Shown here piece after piece: positions 50,360-59,371 of a stretch of 64,000 nucleotides of DNA; the stretch's first letter is position 1, and the number at the start of each line of letters is the position of its first letter. This DNA is from Gammaproteobacteria bacterium (GTDB taxonomy: Bacteria > Pseudomonadota > Gammaproteobacteria > Ga0077536). The notes below the pieces were generated by a model, which worked only from the letters and a program-made list of their open reading frames with translations, made no database searches and was not told the DNA's origin. A program made the position numbers and the translations under genes. The stretch lies in assembly GCA_009692265.1 (NCBI GenBank), contig SHZM01000005.1, positions 12,459 to 76,458 on the forward strand, written 5' to 3'.

Positions 50360-53300
50360 ATGACAGCGTCGCAGGCGATCGAAGAAAAATTCTCATCCGT
50401 TCTACGGATGCTTGTACCCATCAATGGGTTGTCGGTGCCACGGCGTCAACAGCTCTTCGCGCAGGCCGAAGTGCTCGGGATTCGACGCGGCAGCTATGTG
50501 TTTCATGAAGGCGACAAGGACAGCTACGCTTTCTTTCTGCTTGAGGGCAGCTTGGAATTGTTTGCAGGACAGCAGCTCGTGAAGCGCATAGCCGGAGGCA
50601 GTGTAGATGCGATTCATCCGCTCGCGCAGTTGCAACCGCGTCAGCTGTCGGCACGCGCATTGAGCGAGGCGCACGTCTTGCGGGTGAGCCGAGATTTACT
50701 CGATAAGCTCCTGGCGCTCGACGGAACTGGTGATTCCAATTACCTCAAGATTGACGAAACCGACCCCGACGAGGAAAGCGATTGGATGACTCGGATGCTT
50801 CAGTCCGAACTATTCAGCCGTGTGCCAGCCGCGAACATTCAACGGATATTCGTAAGCCTCGAATCCGTTGAGTACAAAGCCAGCGACGTCGTAGTGCGGC
50901 AAGGGGGCCCAGGGGATTTCTACTACGTGATTCAAACAGGTCGCTGCCAAGTCAGCCGTCAGATCCCCAACGGCAAAGTGCCCATCAAACTTGCTGAATT
51001 GGGACCTGGTGACACTTTCGGCGAAGAAGCCCTCGTGGCGGAAGCGACTCGCAATGCGACCGTGACCATGCTCACCGGCGGGACCCTGATGCGCCTGACG
51101 AAGGAGGACTTCGTCGAGTTAATCAAGAAACCTCTATTGAACGAAATTAGCCACCGTGAAGCGCAGCACCTTGTCGCTAATCAAGGTGCAGTGTGGCTCG
51201 ACGTCAGATTTCCGGAAGAACACCGCGCGGGGAGTATCGAAGCGAGCCTGAATCTTCCCCTCAATACCTTACGGATGCACGCCGAACGACTCGATCGCGA
51301 TAAAATGTACATCGTCTGCTGCGACACCGGATCTCGCAGCTCAGTAGGCGCTTTCCTACTTTCGGAACGTGGTTTCGATGTCTTCTATCTAAGCGGCGGC
51401 ATGGTACGGCACGGCTTACTGACGCCCGCGCTTGACGAGATAAACGATAGTTTTCCCGCAAAACCGCGACCACCCGTGCGGCAAGGCTCGACCGGCGTGA
51501 GTGTGACGCCAGTGAGCGCCGTGGTCCCTTCGTCGCAGAAGTCTGAAGCAGAGCGCCAGCACGCCGGCGTTTTGCACGCAATCAATAACGACGTACTTGA
51601 CGCCGACTTGCGCGCGCAAGCTCTTAAGACCGAACTTGCCAAAGCTAATATCCAGCTTAACGAAGCACGCAACCTTAAAGAACAAGCCGAACAAGCTCGC
51701 CTTGAAACCGAGCGGGTCGCAGCGCTCCGCCTCGAAGCTGAACGCACTCGCTTAGCCCAAGATGCCGAGCATGCCCGCCAAGCAGTTGAAGAGGCGCGGC
51801 GACTGAAAGTGCAGCTGGAGCAGGCTAGACAGGAAGCGCAACAGCTCGCGACTCGAGCGCGTGATAAGGAATCCGAAGATCTGCTTGCAGCCAATCGTCA
51901 GCTCCAGGAAGCACACCGCGTAAAGTTGGAAGTTGAAGCCGCGCGCGCGCAAATGGAGAGTGAATTACGCGAGCGACTTGCCAGTGAGCAAGCCAAACTT
52001 GCGGCTGAGACGGAAGCGGAGAGACGCAAACTGGAAGCCGAAGCTGCGCGTCTACGCGCCGAGCTCGAAGCCGAGCATCGCACGGCTAGAATGCTCGCCG
52101 CGCAGGCACGTGAACAAGAGTCCGCCAGTGCCGAAACGGTGAATGCTCAACTTGAAGAAGTTCGTCGGCTAAAAGCCGACGCCGAAACTGCACGAGCGGA
52201 CCTGGAACGCGCCGCCGCGGCGAGACTTGAGGAAGAGAAATCGAGGATCGCGGAAGACGCCGAACGTGCCCGTAGCGCGCTGGAGGAAGCGCAGCGCATT
52301 AAGGGCGAGCTGGAAAATTCACAGGCCGGTCTCACGCGAGAAGTTGAAACTCGTCTAGAGGCGAAGCAGCGTGAACTTCAGGCTGAAGCGGAACGTACAA
52401 GGCTGGCTTTAGAAGAGGCTCAACGTCTTAAGGAAGACGCCGAAGCGGTGCGCGCCAACCTAGCACGCGAAGCTGAAGCACGCCTGCGTGAGCAGCAGGG
52501 GAAGCTCGAAGCCGAGGCGGCGCAAGCCCGTCTAGCCTGGGAAGAAGCACAACGTCTGAAAGCGCAAGTCGAATTGGACAAGCAGCGTGCCGAGGAGGAC
52601 GCGGCGCGCCAACGCGCCGAAGCCCTCGCCGAGCTGCAGGAAGCGAATTTTCGTTTGGAAGCGGCGCAACGCGCTCGAGCCGAAGCCGAAGACGCGCGAA
52701 TGCTTCTCGAAAAACAAGCGGCTCTGCGAATTATCGAAGAACAGGCGTGCTTAGCTGACGAGGCAGCCAAGACGCAACGCATGTGGGAAGACGCGCAACG
52801 TTTTAAAGAGCAAATCGAAACCGAGAAACGCCAAGCTGACGAGGAGGCGGCCCTCCGGCACCGTGACGAAGAAGCCCGAATCCAGACGATGCGCGCAGAG
52901 GCCGAGCGACGGCTCCGCGAAGAAGAACGCAAGCTCGAGGAAAGCTACGCTTGGCAGGCCGAAGAACTCGCACGCTTGCAGCGTATGAAAGAAGAAACCG
53001 AGCAACAACTGGTGCTCGAACGGGCGCGGCTAAAATCAGATTCCGAAGAAGCGCGGTCACGCCTAGCGGAAGCCAAGCGAATCCAGGTTGAGGTGGAGGA
53101 AGCGCGAGTCGCGAGCGCGGAAGAGGCGCAAACCCGCGAGCTACGACAGCTTGAATTGGAACGCCGACTACGCGATGAAATTCAAGCCAAGGTGGACGGT
53201 GAACGCCGTAAGCTTGAGGCAGAATTTGCGCGTAATGCAGAAGAACTCGAGCGCGCGCAGCAAGAAAGGGCTGCGGCGGAAGCAGCCCGCAACGCGGCGG

Positions 53301-53911
53301 CAGAAGAAGCTGAAAGGATTATTCAAGAATTCAAGCAGTCTCATCAGGATCAGCGCGTTCGCGAAGAGGAGAAGCTGCGGATCGAACGTGAGCGCTTAGA
53401 GCGCGAATCCGCGCAATTGCGTGCCGCGCTACAGGAGGCACAGCAGGCGCAAGAACACGCGGCGCTTATTCAGCAGCGCTTAGAAAGCCAATTACAGGAA
53501 CTTGCCACCTCGCGTGCGGCGGATCGCACCCTGCATAGCGAACGCGAATCCCAACTTACGGCTGATGTTGCCGCGATAGAAGCGGAAGTTGGTGCCGCGC
53601 GTGCTAATGCGGCGGAGGAGGAGGCCGCCCATCGACGGGTGCTCGTTGCGGCGAGCATCAATGAAGCGAGTCTTGAACAGCATCGTCAGGAAGAGGGAGC
53701 AATCCGCAGTCGCTTCGAACAAGAAATTACGTCGTGGTTGAGCGAGCAGGACGAAATCAAAAACAGTCAATTGTCACGCCAAGTATTCGCCAATCAGCGC
53801 GCGCATCTTGATCGAATAAAACAGCGTGCCCAAGCTGCGCGAACCTCAGCCAAGGCCCACGACCAGGCACTGATCGAAGATCTCGCGGCTCACTTGAAGC
53901 GCCCGGACTAG
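50360..53911 (+). CDS. tandem cNMP-binding + rhodanese + long repetitive coiled-coil protein (1183 aa)
   Basis: Degenerate cNMP domain 1; cNMP domain 2 with GDTFGEEAL..RNATV; rhodanese WLDVRFPEEH...CDTGSRS; about 770 aa of E/A/R/Q/L-rich helix. Confidence 0.9.
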   Translation: MTASQAIEEKFSSVLRMLVPINGLSVPRRQQLFAQAEVLGIRRGSYVFHEGDKDSYAFFLLEGSLELFAGQQLVKRIAGGSVDAIHPLAQLQPRQLSARALSEAHVLRVSRDLLDKLLALDGTGDSNYLKIDETDPDEESDWMTRMLQSELFSRVPAANIQRIFVSLESVEYKASDVVVRQGGPGDFYYVIQTGRCQVSRQIPNGKVPIKLAELGPGDTFGEEALVAEATRNATVTMLTGGTLMRLTKEDFVELIKKPLLNEISHREAQHLVANQGAVWLDVRFPEEHRAGSIEASLNLPLNTLRMHAERLDRDKMYIVCCDTGSRSSVGAFLLSERGFDVFYLSGGMVRHGLLTPALDEINDSFPAKPRPPVRQGSTGVSVTPVSAVVPSSQKSEAERQHAGVLHAINNDVLDADLRAQALKTELAKANIQLNEARNLKEQAEQARLETERVAALRLEAERTRLAQDAEHARQAVEEARRLKVQLEQARQEAQQLATRARDKESEDLLAANRQLQEAHRVKLEVEAARAQMESELRERLASEQAKLAAETEAERRKLEAEAARLRAELEAEHRTARMLAAQAREQESASAETVNAQLEEVRRLKADAETARADLERAAAARLEEEKSRIAEDAERARSALEEAQRIKGELENSQAGLTREVETRLEAKQRELQAEAERTRLALEEAQRLKEDAEAVRANLAREAEARLREQQGKLEAEAAQARLAWEEAQRLKAQVELDKQRAEEDAARQRAEALAELQEANFRLEAAQRARAEAEDARMLLEKQAALRIIEEQACLADEAAKTQRMWEDAQRFKEQIETEKRQADEEAALRHRDEEARIQTMRAEAERRLREEERKLEESYAWQAEELARLQRMKEETEQQLVLERARLKSDSEEARSRLAEAKRIQVEVEEARVASAEEAQTRELRQLELERRLRDEIQAKVDGERRKLEAEFARNAEELERAQQERAAAEAARNAAAEEAERIIQEFKQSHQDQRVREEEKLRIERERLERESAQLRAALQEAQQAQEHAALIQQRLESQLQELATSRAADRTLHSERESQLTADVAAIEAEVGAARANAAEEEAAHRRVLVAASINEASLEQHRQEEGAIRSRFEQEITSWLSEQDEIKNSQLSRQVFANQRAHLDRIKQRAQAARTSAKAHDQALIEDLAAHLKRPD

Positions 53912-53912
53912 A

Positions 53913-53937
53913 TCAAGAGTCCTCGGAGGACTCTTGA
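53913..53937. terminator. hairpin right after the stop, between convergent genes
   Basis: TCAAGAGTCCT-CGG-AGGACTCTTGA. Confidence 0.6.
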
Positions 53938-53988
53938 ATTAAGAAGAATTCACTCCGCCAAGCTTAAGCCCAAGCATAATCTAGTCGT

Positions 53989-54330
53989 TCACGATGGCCG
54001 CGAGCCGCCGGCGATATCGATGTATAACGGGCCGTTCGGCATTTCCAGCTCGATCCACGTAAAGAACTGACCACGGAGTGCGACCATCCCACGTCGACGG
54101 TCGGCACCGTCGGTGCTGAATTCAAATTCATAGCGACGCTCAAAAGTTAGGCCATTCGCGCGCACTAAGCGGATTCCGCGTAAAGCTACTGAATCGTCAA
54201 GTCGTTGAAGCTTGAGATCACTGCAGACCTCACGACTCACCGCGAGCACTCGTTCTCGCCCAACCACACTCCAACTCCATGCACCTAACGCAAGGCCGAG
54301 CGCGGCCAGCATGAGGAGCGCCTGCCCCAT
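53989..54330 (-). CDS. DUF3301-like protein
   Basis: N-terminal TM; RE..C....LQRLDDSVAL; YEFEFSTDG..RRRG. Confidence 0.8.
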   Translation of the reverse strand: MGQALLMLAALGLALGAWSWSVVGRERVLAVSREVCSDLKLQRLDDSVALRGIRLVRANGLTFERRYEFEFSTDGADRRRGMVALRGQFFTWIELEMPNGPLYIDIAGGSRPS

Positions 54331-54388
54331 CTAGCTGCCTACTCTCAAATAAGCTGGGTTGTAAAAAAATCCTTTCAAGATCCAACAC

Positions 54389-54580
54389 TCAATCGTCACC
54401 GCGTGCAGCTGAGAACAGCGCGAGTTGGCCATCAATTACCTGGAACGCAATTTCGATCGGCTGGCAACACACTTCACAATCCTCGATATAGCGCTGTTCC
54501 GGCGCTGAGAGATCGAGCACGCTTGAGATCGCCTCGCCGCAATATGGACAGGAATAGTAATGTTCTTCGGCAAACGACAA
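54389..54580 (-). CDS. CPXCG-motif cysteine-rich protein
   Basis: CPYCGE...YIEDCEVCCQPI. Confidence 0.85.
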   Translation of the reverse strand: MSFAEEHYYSCPYCGEAISSVLDLSAPEQRYIEDCEVCCQPIEIAFQVIDGQLALFSAARGDD

Positions 54581-54586
54581 TGGGTT

Positions 54587-54732
54587 TAGGGCACCTCTAT
54601 AAATACTCTGAAAGCGCGCTGGCTAAGTTACAACCGAACTCAAAATGCTCAGTTACCCTCTGTAAACTACGCCTTTTCGCTCGGTTTGTGCCGCCGTCAT
54701 CACCTTGATCGAATTTATAGAGATGCCCTTTA
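54587..54732. mobile_element. MITE-like element, type B-related, copy 3
   Basis: TAGGGCACCTCTATAAAT ... ATTTATAGAGATGCCCTT; shares the ATGCTCA.TTAC..GTAAACT.CGC.TTTTCG core with the other copies. Confidence 0.75.
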
Positions 54733-54733
54733 A

Positions 54734-55216
54734 TTAATCGCGGAAGTTGGTAAATTGCAACGGCATCCCGAGGTCCGCGGGACGCAGTGCCGCGATTGCG
54801 GCTTGCAAATCGTCGCGTTTCTTACCCATCACCCGAACCTGTTCGTCCTGGATTTGGGCTTGGACTTTGAGTTGTGTCTCCTTGATGAATTTGACGACCT
54901 TCTTCCCCGACTCCTTATCGAGACCATGGCGGGCGGTGACGTTTTGGCGCGCTTCATTCAGCGCGATGTTGAGTGGCCCGAAATCCAGGCACGCCACATC
55001 GATCCCGCGTTTGCTGATTTTCATTCGTAATATTTCGACGACTTGTTTCACTTGGAACTCGGTTTGCGCAACGATAGTCACCACATGATCCTGTTGTTCG
55101 ACTTTCGTTCCGGTTCCCTTGAAATCGAAACGACTGGTGATTTCGCGATTAGTCTGGTCGACTGCGTTGGTCAGTTCGTGCAAATTGACTTCTGAAACAA
55201 TATCAAAAGACGGCAT
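54734..55216 (-). CDS. yajQ: YajQ family nucleotide (c-di-GMP)-binding protein
   Basis: MPSFDIVSEV, RFDFKG, VRVMGKKRDDLQ, LQFTNFRD. Confidence 0.96.
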   Translation of the reverse strand: MPSFDIVSEVNLHELTNAVDQTNREITSRFDFKGTGTKVEQQDHVVTIVAQTEFQVKQVVEILRMKISKRGIDVACLDFGPLNIALNEARQNVTARHGLDKESGKKVVKFIKETQLKVQAQIQDEQVRVMGKKRDDLQAAIAALRPADLGMPLQFTNFRD

Positions 55217-55284
55217 AGGACTAATCCCCCGATGATGGATCACAGCTATTGTACCGAAGCATCGTGGCTTGCCGAGCTGAATCG

Positions 55285-55995
55285 ATGATCGAACTGATAA
55301 CCATTGATCTCGACGACACGCTGTGGGACGCCGGCCCCGTGCTGATGCGCGCCGAAGAAGCGCATTACGCCTGGCTCGTGGAGCGAGCGTCGAGAATCGC
55401 CGCGCACTATGACATCGGGCAATTGCAACAGTATCGCCGCGAGTTGGCGCACGCCGATCCGACCTTACGCCACGATTTCACGGCTCTGCGGCTTGCCGCG
55501 TTAACTCAACTATTAACCACGTTCGGCTACGATGCCGAGCTCGCACCGCAGTGCGTGCAGGCGTTTTTGGTTGCGCGCAGCAAGGTTACCCTCTATCCCG
55601 AAGTCGACCAGGTTTTGCATGAATTGGCGCGCGATTACCGTTTGGTCGCTTTAACCAATGGGAATACAGATCTCGCCCTCGCTGGCGTGGCACACTACTT
55701 CGAATGCTGTATCGCGCCGTCCAACACTGGCACTAGCAAACCCGATCCCCGGATGTTCGCGGCAGTCACGCAACGAACCGGCGTTCAAACCACGGCGATG
55801 GTGCATGTCGGTGACGAACCGTTGTACGACATCGAGGGTGCGCACCGTGCGGCAGTGGCCGCGGTCTGGATTAATCGCCACGCTCGCGAATGGCCTGACA
55901 AGTACCGGCCGGCGGCGGTTGAAATCAACACGTTGCACGATCTGCGCGCCGCAATCGAGCAGATAGAATTGACTAAAACGCAGGACTTTTCATGA
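55285..55995 (+). CDS. HAD-IA hydrolase (YigB-like)
   Basis: ITIDLDDTLWD, LTNGN, KPDPRMF, HVGDEPLYDIEGA. Confidence 0.9.
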   Translation: MIELITIDLDDTLWDAGPVLMRAEEAHYAWLVERASRIAAHYDIGQLQQYRRELAHADPTLRHDFTALRLAALTQLLTTFGYDAELAPQCVQAFLVARSKVTLYPEVDQVLHELARDYRLVALTNGNTDLALAGVAHYFECCIAPSNTGTSKPDPRMFAAVTQRTGVQTTAMVHVGDEPLYDIEGAHRAAVAAVWINRHAREWPDKYRPAAVEINTLHDLRAAIEQIELTKTQDFS

Positions 55996-58895
55996 CGCAA
56001 ACAGCCTTTACGTTGACTGAATCGCGCCGGATCCCCACGTTGAATATCGAAATCCAAGCGTACGTGCATGCCGCCACTGGTGCGCGCCACTATCACCTTG
56101 CGTGCGACGACGATAACAATGCTTTCATGGTGGCGTTCCCGACGATTCCTCGGGATTCAACCGGAGTTGCGCATATCCTCGAACACACCACGCTCTGTGG
56201 CAGCCAACGCTATCCGGTGCGAGATCCTTTTTTCATGATGCTACGCCGCTCCTTGAACACCTTCATGAACGCCTTTACGAGCAGTGACAGCACGGCTTAC
56301 CCGTTCGCGACTCGCAACCGCCGGGATTTCGATAATCTTCTGGGGATCTATCTCGACGCGGTATTTTTCCCGATTCTCGATCCTCTGGATTTCGCGCAGG
56401 AAGGCTGTCGGATAGAGTTCGCCGCCAACGCCGAATCCACCCCTAGCTTGGTCTATAAAGGCGTCGTCTATAACGAGATGAAGGGCGCGATGAGTTCGCC
56501 GGTGGCGCAACTCTGGCAGCACGTCCAAGCAAGTCTGCTACCGGATACCGCCTACCGCTTTAATAGTGGCGGCGATCCGGCGGTTATCCCACGGTTAACC
56601 CATGCGCAGTTGCGCGAGTTTCACGCGGTGCACTATCACCCCACTCAGGCCGCTTTCATTACCTACGGATGCTTCTCCCCACAGGACCATCAGCAGCGCT
56701 TTGAAGCCTTGGCGTTATCGCGGTTTTCTCACGCTGATCAGATTATCGTCAGCAGCCCGCAACCCCCGTTGACCACCGCGCGGTCGATCGATGCCACGTA
56801 CGCAGTCGATCAAGAGGATGACCTCAGCGACGGCACACATTTAGTCTGGGCTTGGTTATTAGGGGATACCGTGACACCGCGAAATTTACTCGAAGCGCAC
56901 CTTCTCACCGGCGTGTTGCTCGAGCATAGTGCGTCCCCGCTGCGACATTTTTTGGAAACCACCTCCTACGCTAAAGCACCCTCCGAACTGTGCGGACTCG
57001 ACGATTCAGCCCGACAACTCGCGTTCCTCTGCGGGGTCGAAGGCAGCGAAGCTGCACACGCTGCGGCGCTCGAGGGCGATATCCTCGCGGTCCTGGCACG
57101 AGTCGCCGACGACGGCGTCGAGCCCGCTGCCCTGCACGCCGCGCTCGATCGAATCGAAATGGCTCAGCGCGATATCAGCGGCGATAGCTACCCCTACGGT
57201 TTGCAGTTGATGAGTCGGCTCCTCCCCGGCGCAATGTATCGTGCGGATCCGATGGCGCTGCTCGATATCGATGCGCTGCTGGCGAGCCTCAGGGACGAGA
57301 TCGCCGACCCGGAGTATTTCAAGGGCCTACTACGAACCCGCCTTTTGGATAACCCCCATCGGGTGCGCGTCTCCATGGTCCCTGATCTCCACAAGCGTCA
57401 AGCCGAACAAGACGATGAACGGCGACGGCTCGACACGCTTCTCACGAAGCTGTCGACCAGCGAGACGACCATGGTCACCGCCCAAGCTGCGGCGCTCCTA
57501 GCCCGTCAGGATCGCCGGGATGATCCCAACATCCTTCCAAAAATCACCTTGGCCGACGTCCCTGCGAGTGTCGCACCAGTAATTGGCACGATCGAAACCT
57601 TAAGCGGTCGGTCGCTTCAAGCTTATCAACGCGGCACCAACGGCCTCGTTCATGCCCAATTGGTGTTCGACCTTCCGGCGCTCACCCACGAGGAACTCAG
57701 CGCGCTGCCGCTGTTCGCGAATTACCTACTCGAATTTGGCGCGGGTAAGGAAAGTTACTTACAAACCCAGGCGCGGCGCGCGCAGGTTGGTCACTTTGGC
57801 GCGACCCTGTCGGTACGCAGTCAACTAGCAGATCTGCGCCACCACCACGCACACTTCGTCGTCTCCGCGAAAGGATTGCGTCGACACACTTCAAAACTGG
57901 TGTCGGTGCTGGAAGAGATACTGTCTGGCGCGCGCTTCGACGAAGCACCACGCCTAATCGATCTGCTCGCCCAGACCCGGGCTGATCTCGAACAAGGGAT
58001 TACCGATCGTGGGCACCAACTCGCGATGCACAGCGCGGCCCGCGGGCTTTCACCGAGCGGTTGGTTATCCGACCTTTGGGATGGTCCGAGCAACGTTCGC
58101 GAAATCCAGCGGCTCGATACCGCCGTGAACGCGACGCCCAGCGCCCTGGCGGGGATGTTTACTGTCTTTGAAAGTTTGCGCCGAAAGCTGCTTAAGCATA
58201 CCCCCCGGGTGCTTATCGTTGGCGAGGACGACGCCCTGGCGCTCGCGCGTGCCGAGCTTGCGACCACCGCTTCTGTCGTTGCACAGGAAGGACCGCGGTT
58301 CGAAGTCCCGCCAGCACCAGTAGCGCAGGCAACGGCCTGGCTGGCCAACGCGGAAGTCAATTTTTGCGCGAAGGCCTACCCGGTAATTTCAGAAGGTCAC
58401 CCTGATGCGCCGGCACTCGCGGTTTTGAGTCGCTATCTCAGTGATGGTTTCCTGCACCCGGCGATCCGCGAGAAGGGCGGGGCCTACGGCGGTGGTGCGA
58501 GCTTCGACGGGGACAGCGGCTGTTTCTTCTTCTATTCCTACCGCGATCCCCGCCTCGCTGACACTTTGGCCGATTTCGATCGAGCGCTTGAGTGGTTTGC
58601 CGCGACCAACGAGCCTATGCGGTTGGAGGAATCAATCCTCGGAGTCATTCGCGGACTGGATAAACCGCGTTCACCGGCAGGTGCTGCAATCGATGCGTTC
58701 TACAGCCAACTGCAGTCGCGGACCCCCGCGTTCCGCGCGCAGATCCGCCACAAAGTTCTAAACATGTCGTACGCTGAACTCAGTGCGGTGGCGACACGCT
58801 ATTTAGACCCGCGGCGCGCGGTAATTGGTGTAGTGACCAATCGCGCCGAAGAGGCGACAATTGCCTCGCTCGGATTGGTCGTCGAACAGTTGTAG
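55992..58895 (+). CDS. M16C (presequence protease, PreP-like) zinc peptidase
   Basis: STGVAHILEHTTLCGS, RDPFF, GVVYNEMKG, IREKGGAYGGG, YSYRDP. Confidence 0.95.
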   Translation: MTQTAFTLTESRRIPTLNIEIQAYVHAATGARHYHLACDDDNNAFMVAFPTIPRDSTGVAHILEHTTLCGSQRYPVRDPFFMMLRRSLNTFMNAFTSSDSTAYPFATRNRRDFDNLLGIYLDAVFFPILDPLDFAQEGCRIEFAANAESTPSLVYKGVVYNEMKGAMSSPVAQLWQHVQASLLPDTAYRFNSGGDPAVIPRLTHAQLREFHAVHYHPTQAAFITYGCFSPQDHQQRFEALALSRFSHADQIIVSSPQPPLTTARSIDATYAVDQEDDLSDGTHLVWAWLLGDTVTPRNLLEAHLLTGVLLEHSASPLRHFLETTSYAKAPSELCGLDDSARQLAFLCGVEGSEAAHAAALEGDILAVLARVADDGVEPAALHAALDRIEMAQRDISGDSYPYGLQLMSRLLPGAMYRADPMALLDIDALLASLRDEIADPEYFKGLLRTRLLDNPHRVRVSMVPDLHKRQAEQDDERRRLDTLLTKLSTSETTMVTAQAAALLARQDRRDDPNILPKITLADVPASVAPVIGTIETLSGRSLQAYQRGTNGLVHAQLVFDLPALTHEELSALPLFANYLLEFGAGKESYLQTQARRAQVGHFGATLSVRSQLADLRHHHAHFVVSAKGLRRHTSKLVSVLEEILSGARFDEAPRLIDLLAQTRADLEQGITDRGHQLAMHSAARGLSPSGWLSDLWDGPSNVREIQRLDTAVNATPSALAGMFTVFESLRRKLLKHTPRVLIVGEDDALALARAELATTASVVAQEGPRFEVPPAPVAQATAWLANAEVNFCAKAYPVISEGHPDAPALAVLSRYLSDGFLHPAIREKGGAYGGGASFDGDSGCFFFYSYRDPRLADTLADFDRALEWFAATNEPMRLEESILGVIRGLDKPRSPAGAAIDAFYSQLQSRTPAFRAQIRHKVLNMSYAELSAVATRYLDPRRAVIGVVTNRAEEATIASLGLVVEQL

Positions 58896-58925
58896 TTATG
58901 GTTGGTTGGATGACGCATTAGGACT

Positions 58926-59354
58926 ATGAAAATAGATTTTGATGAGGCAGACGCCGGATTCTTCGAAGCGCGTGCACTCCACATGGTGGTGCGTACGGCG
59001 CTTGATGCCGAAGCCCCGCTGGAGGCGCGACCCCTACTCGATTTTATGCAGGACTCCGCGCGTATCCATTTAGCTCGCCCCGAATTCAATGAACTGCGCG
59101 AAAAACACGGGATGGGCGGCGCGCGCTGGCCAAGCTTTTCGATGTTCAATCACCTTTGGCGACGCTTGGTCGGGCCGTCGCAGCGTGAAACATCTTTAAG
59201 CCAGCAACGAGGCGAAGCACTGGAGCGCGCCGAGCGCGCCGAGCATTCGGCGTTCGAAGCGCTCGCCGAATCCACGCGTAGCGCTCGCGAACGAGATCAA
59301 GCGAGTGCCGAGGTCGTCCGTTTGCAGCAGGAATTGGCCAGACTCAAGCCCTGA
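58926..59354 (+). CDS. hypothetical protein with C-terminal coiled coil
   Basis: 142-aa ORF with AGGA RBS. Confidence 0.65.
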   Translation: MKIDFDEADAGFFEARALHMVVRTALDAEAPLEARPLLDFMQDSARIHLARPEFNELREKHGMGGARWPSFSMFNHLWRRLVGPSQRETSLSQQRGEALERAERAEHSAFEALAESTRSARERDQASAEVVRLQQELARLKP

Positions 59355-59371
59355 GTAATCGCCGTAAACTC

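Noticed and set aside
51385-53770. Many Ser/Ala/Arg-rich minus-strand ORFs
   Set aside because: Shadows of the biased coiled-coil codons on the plus strand
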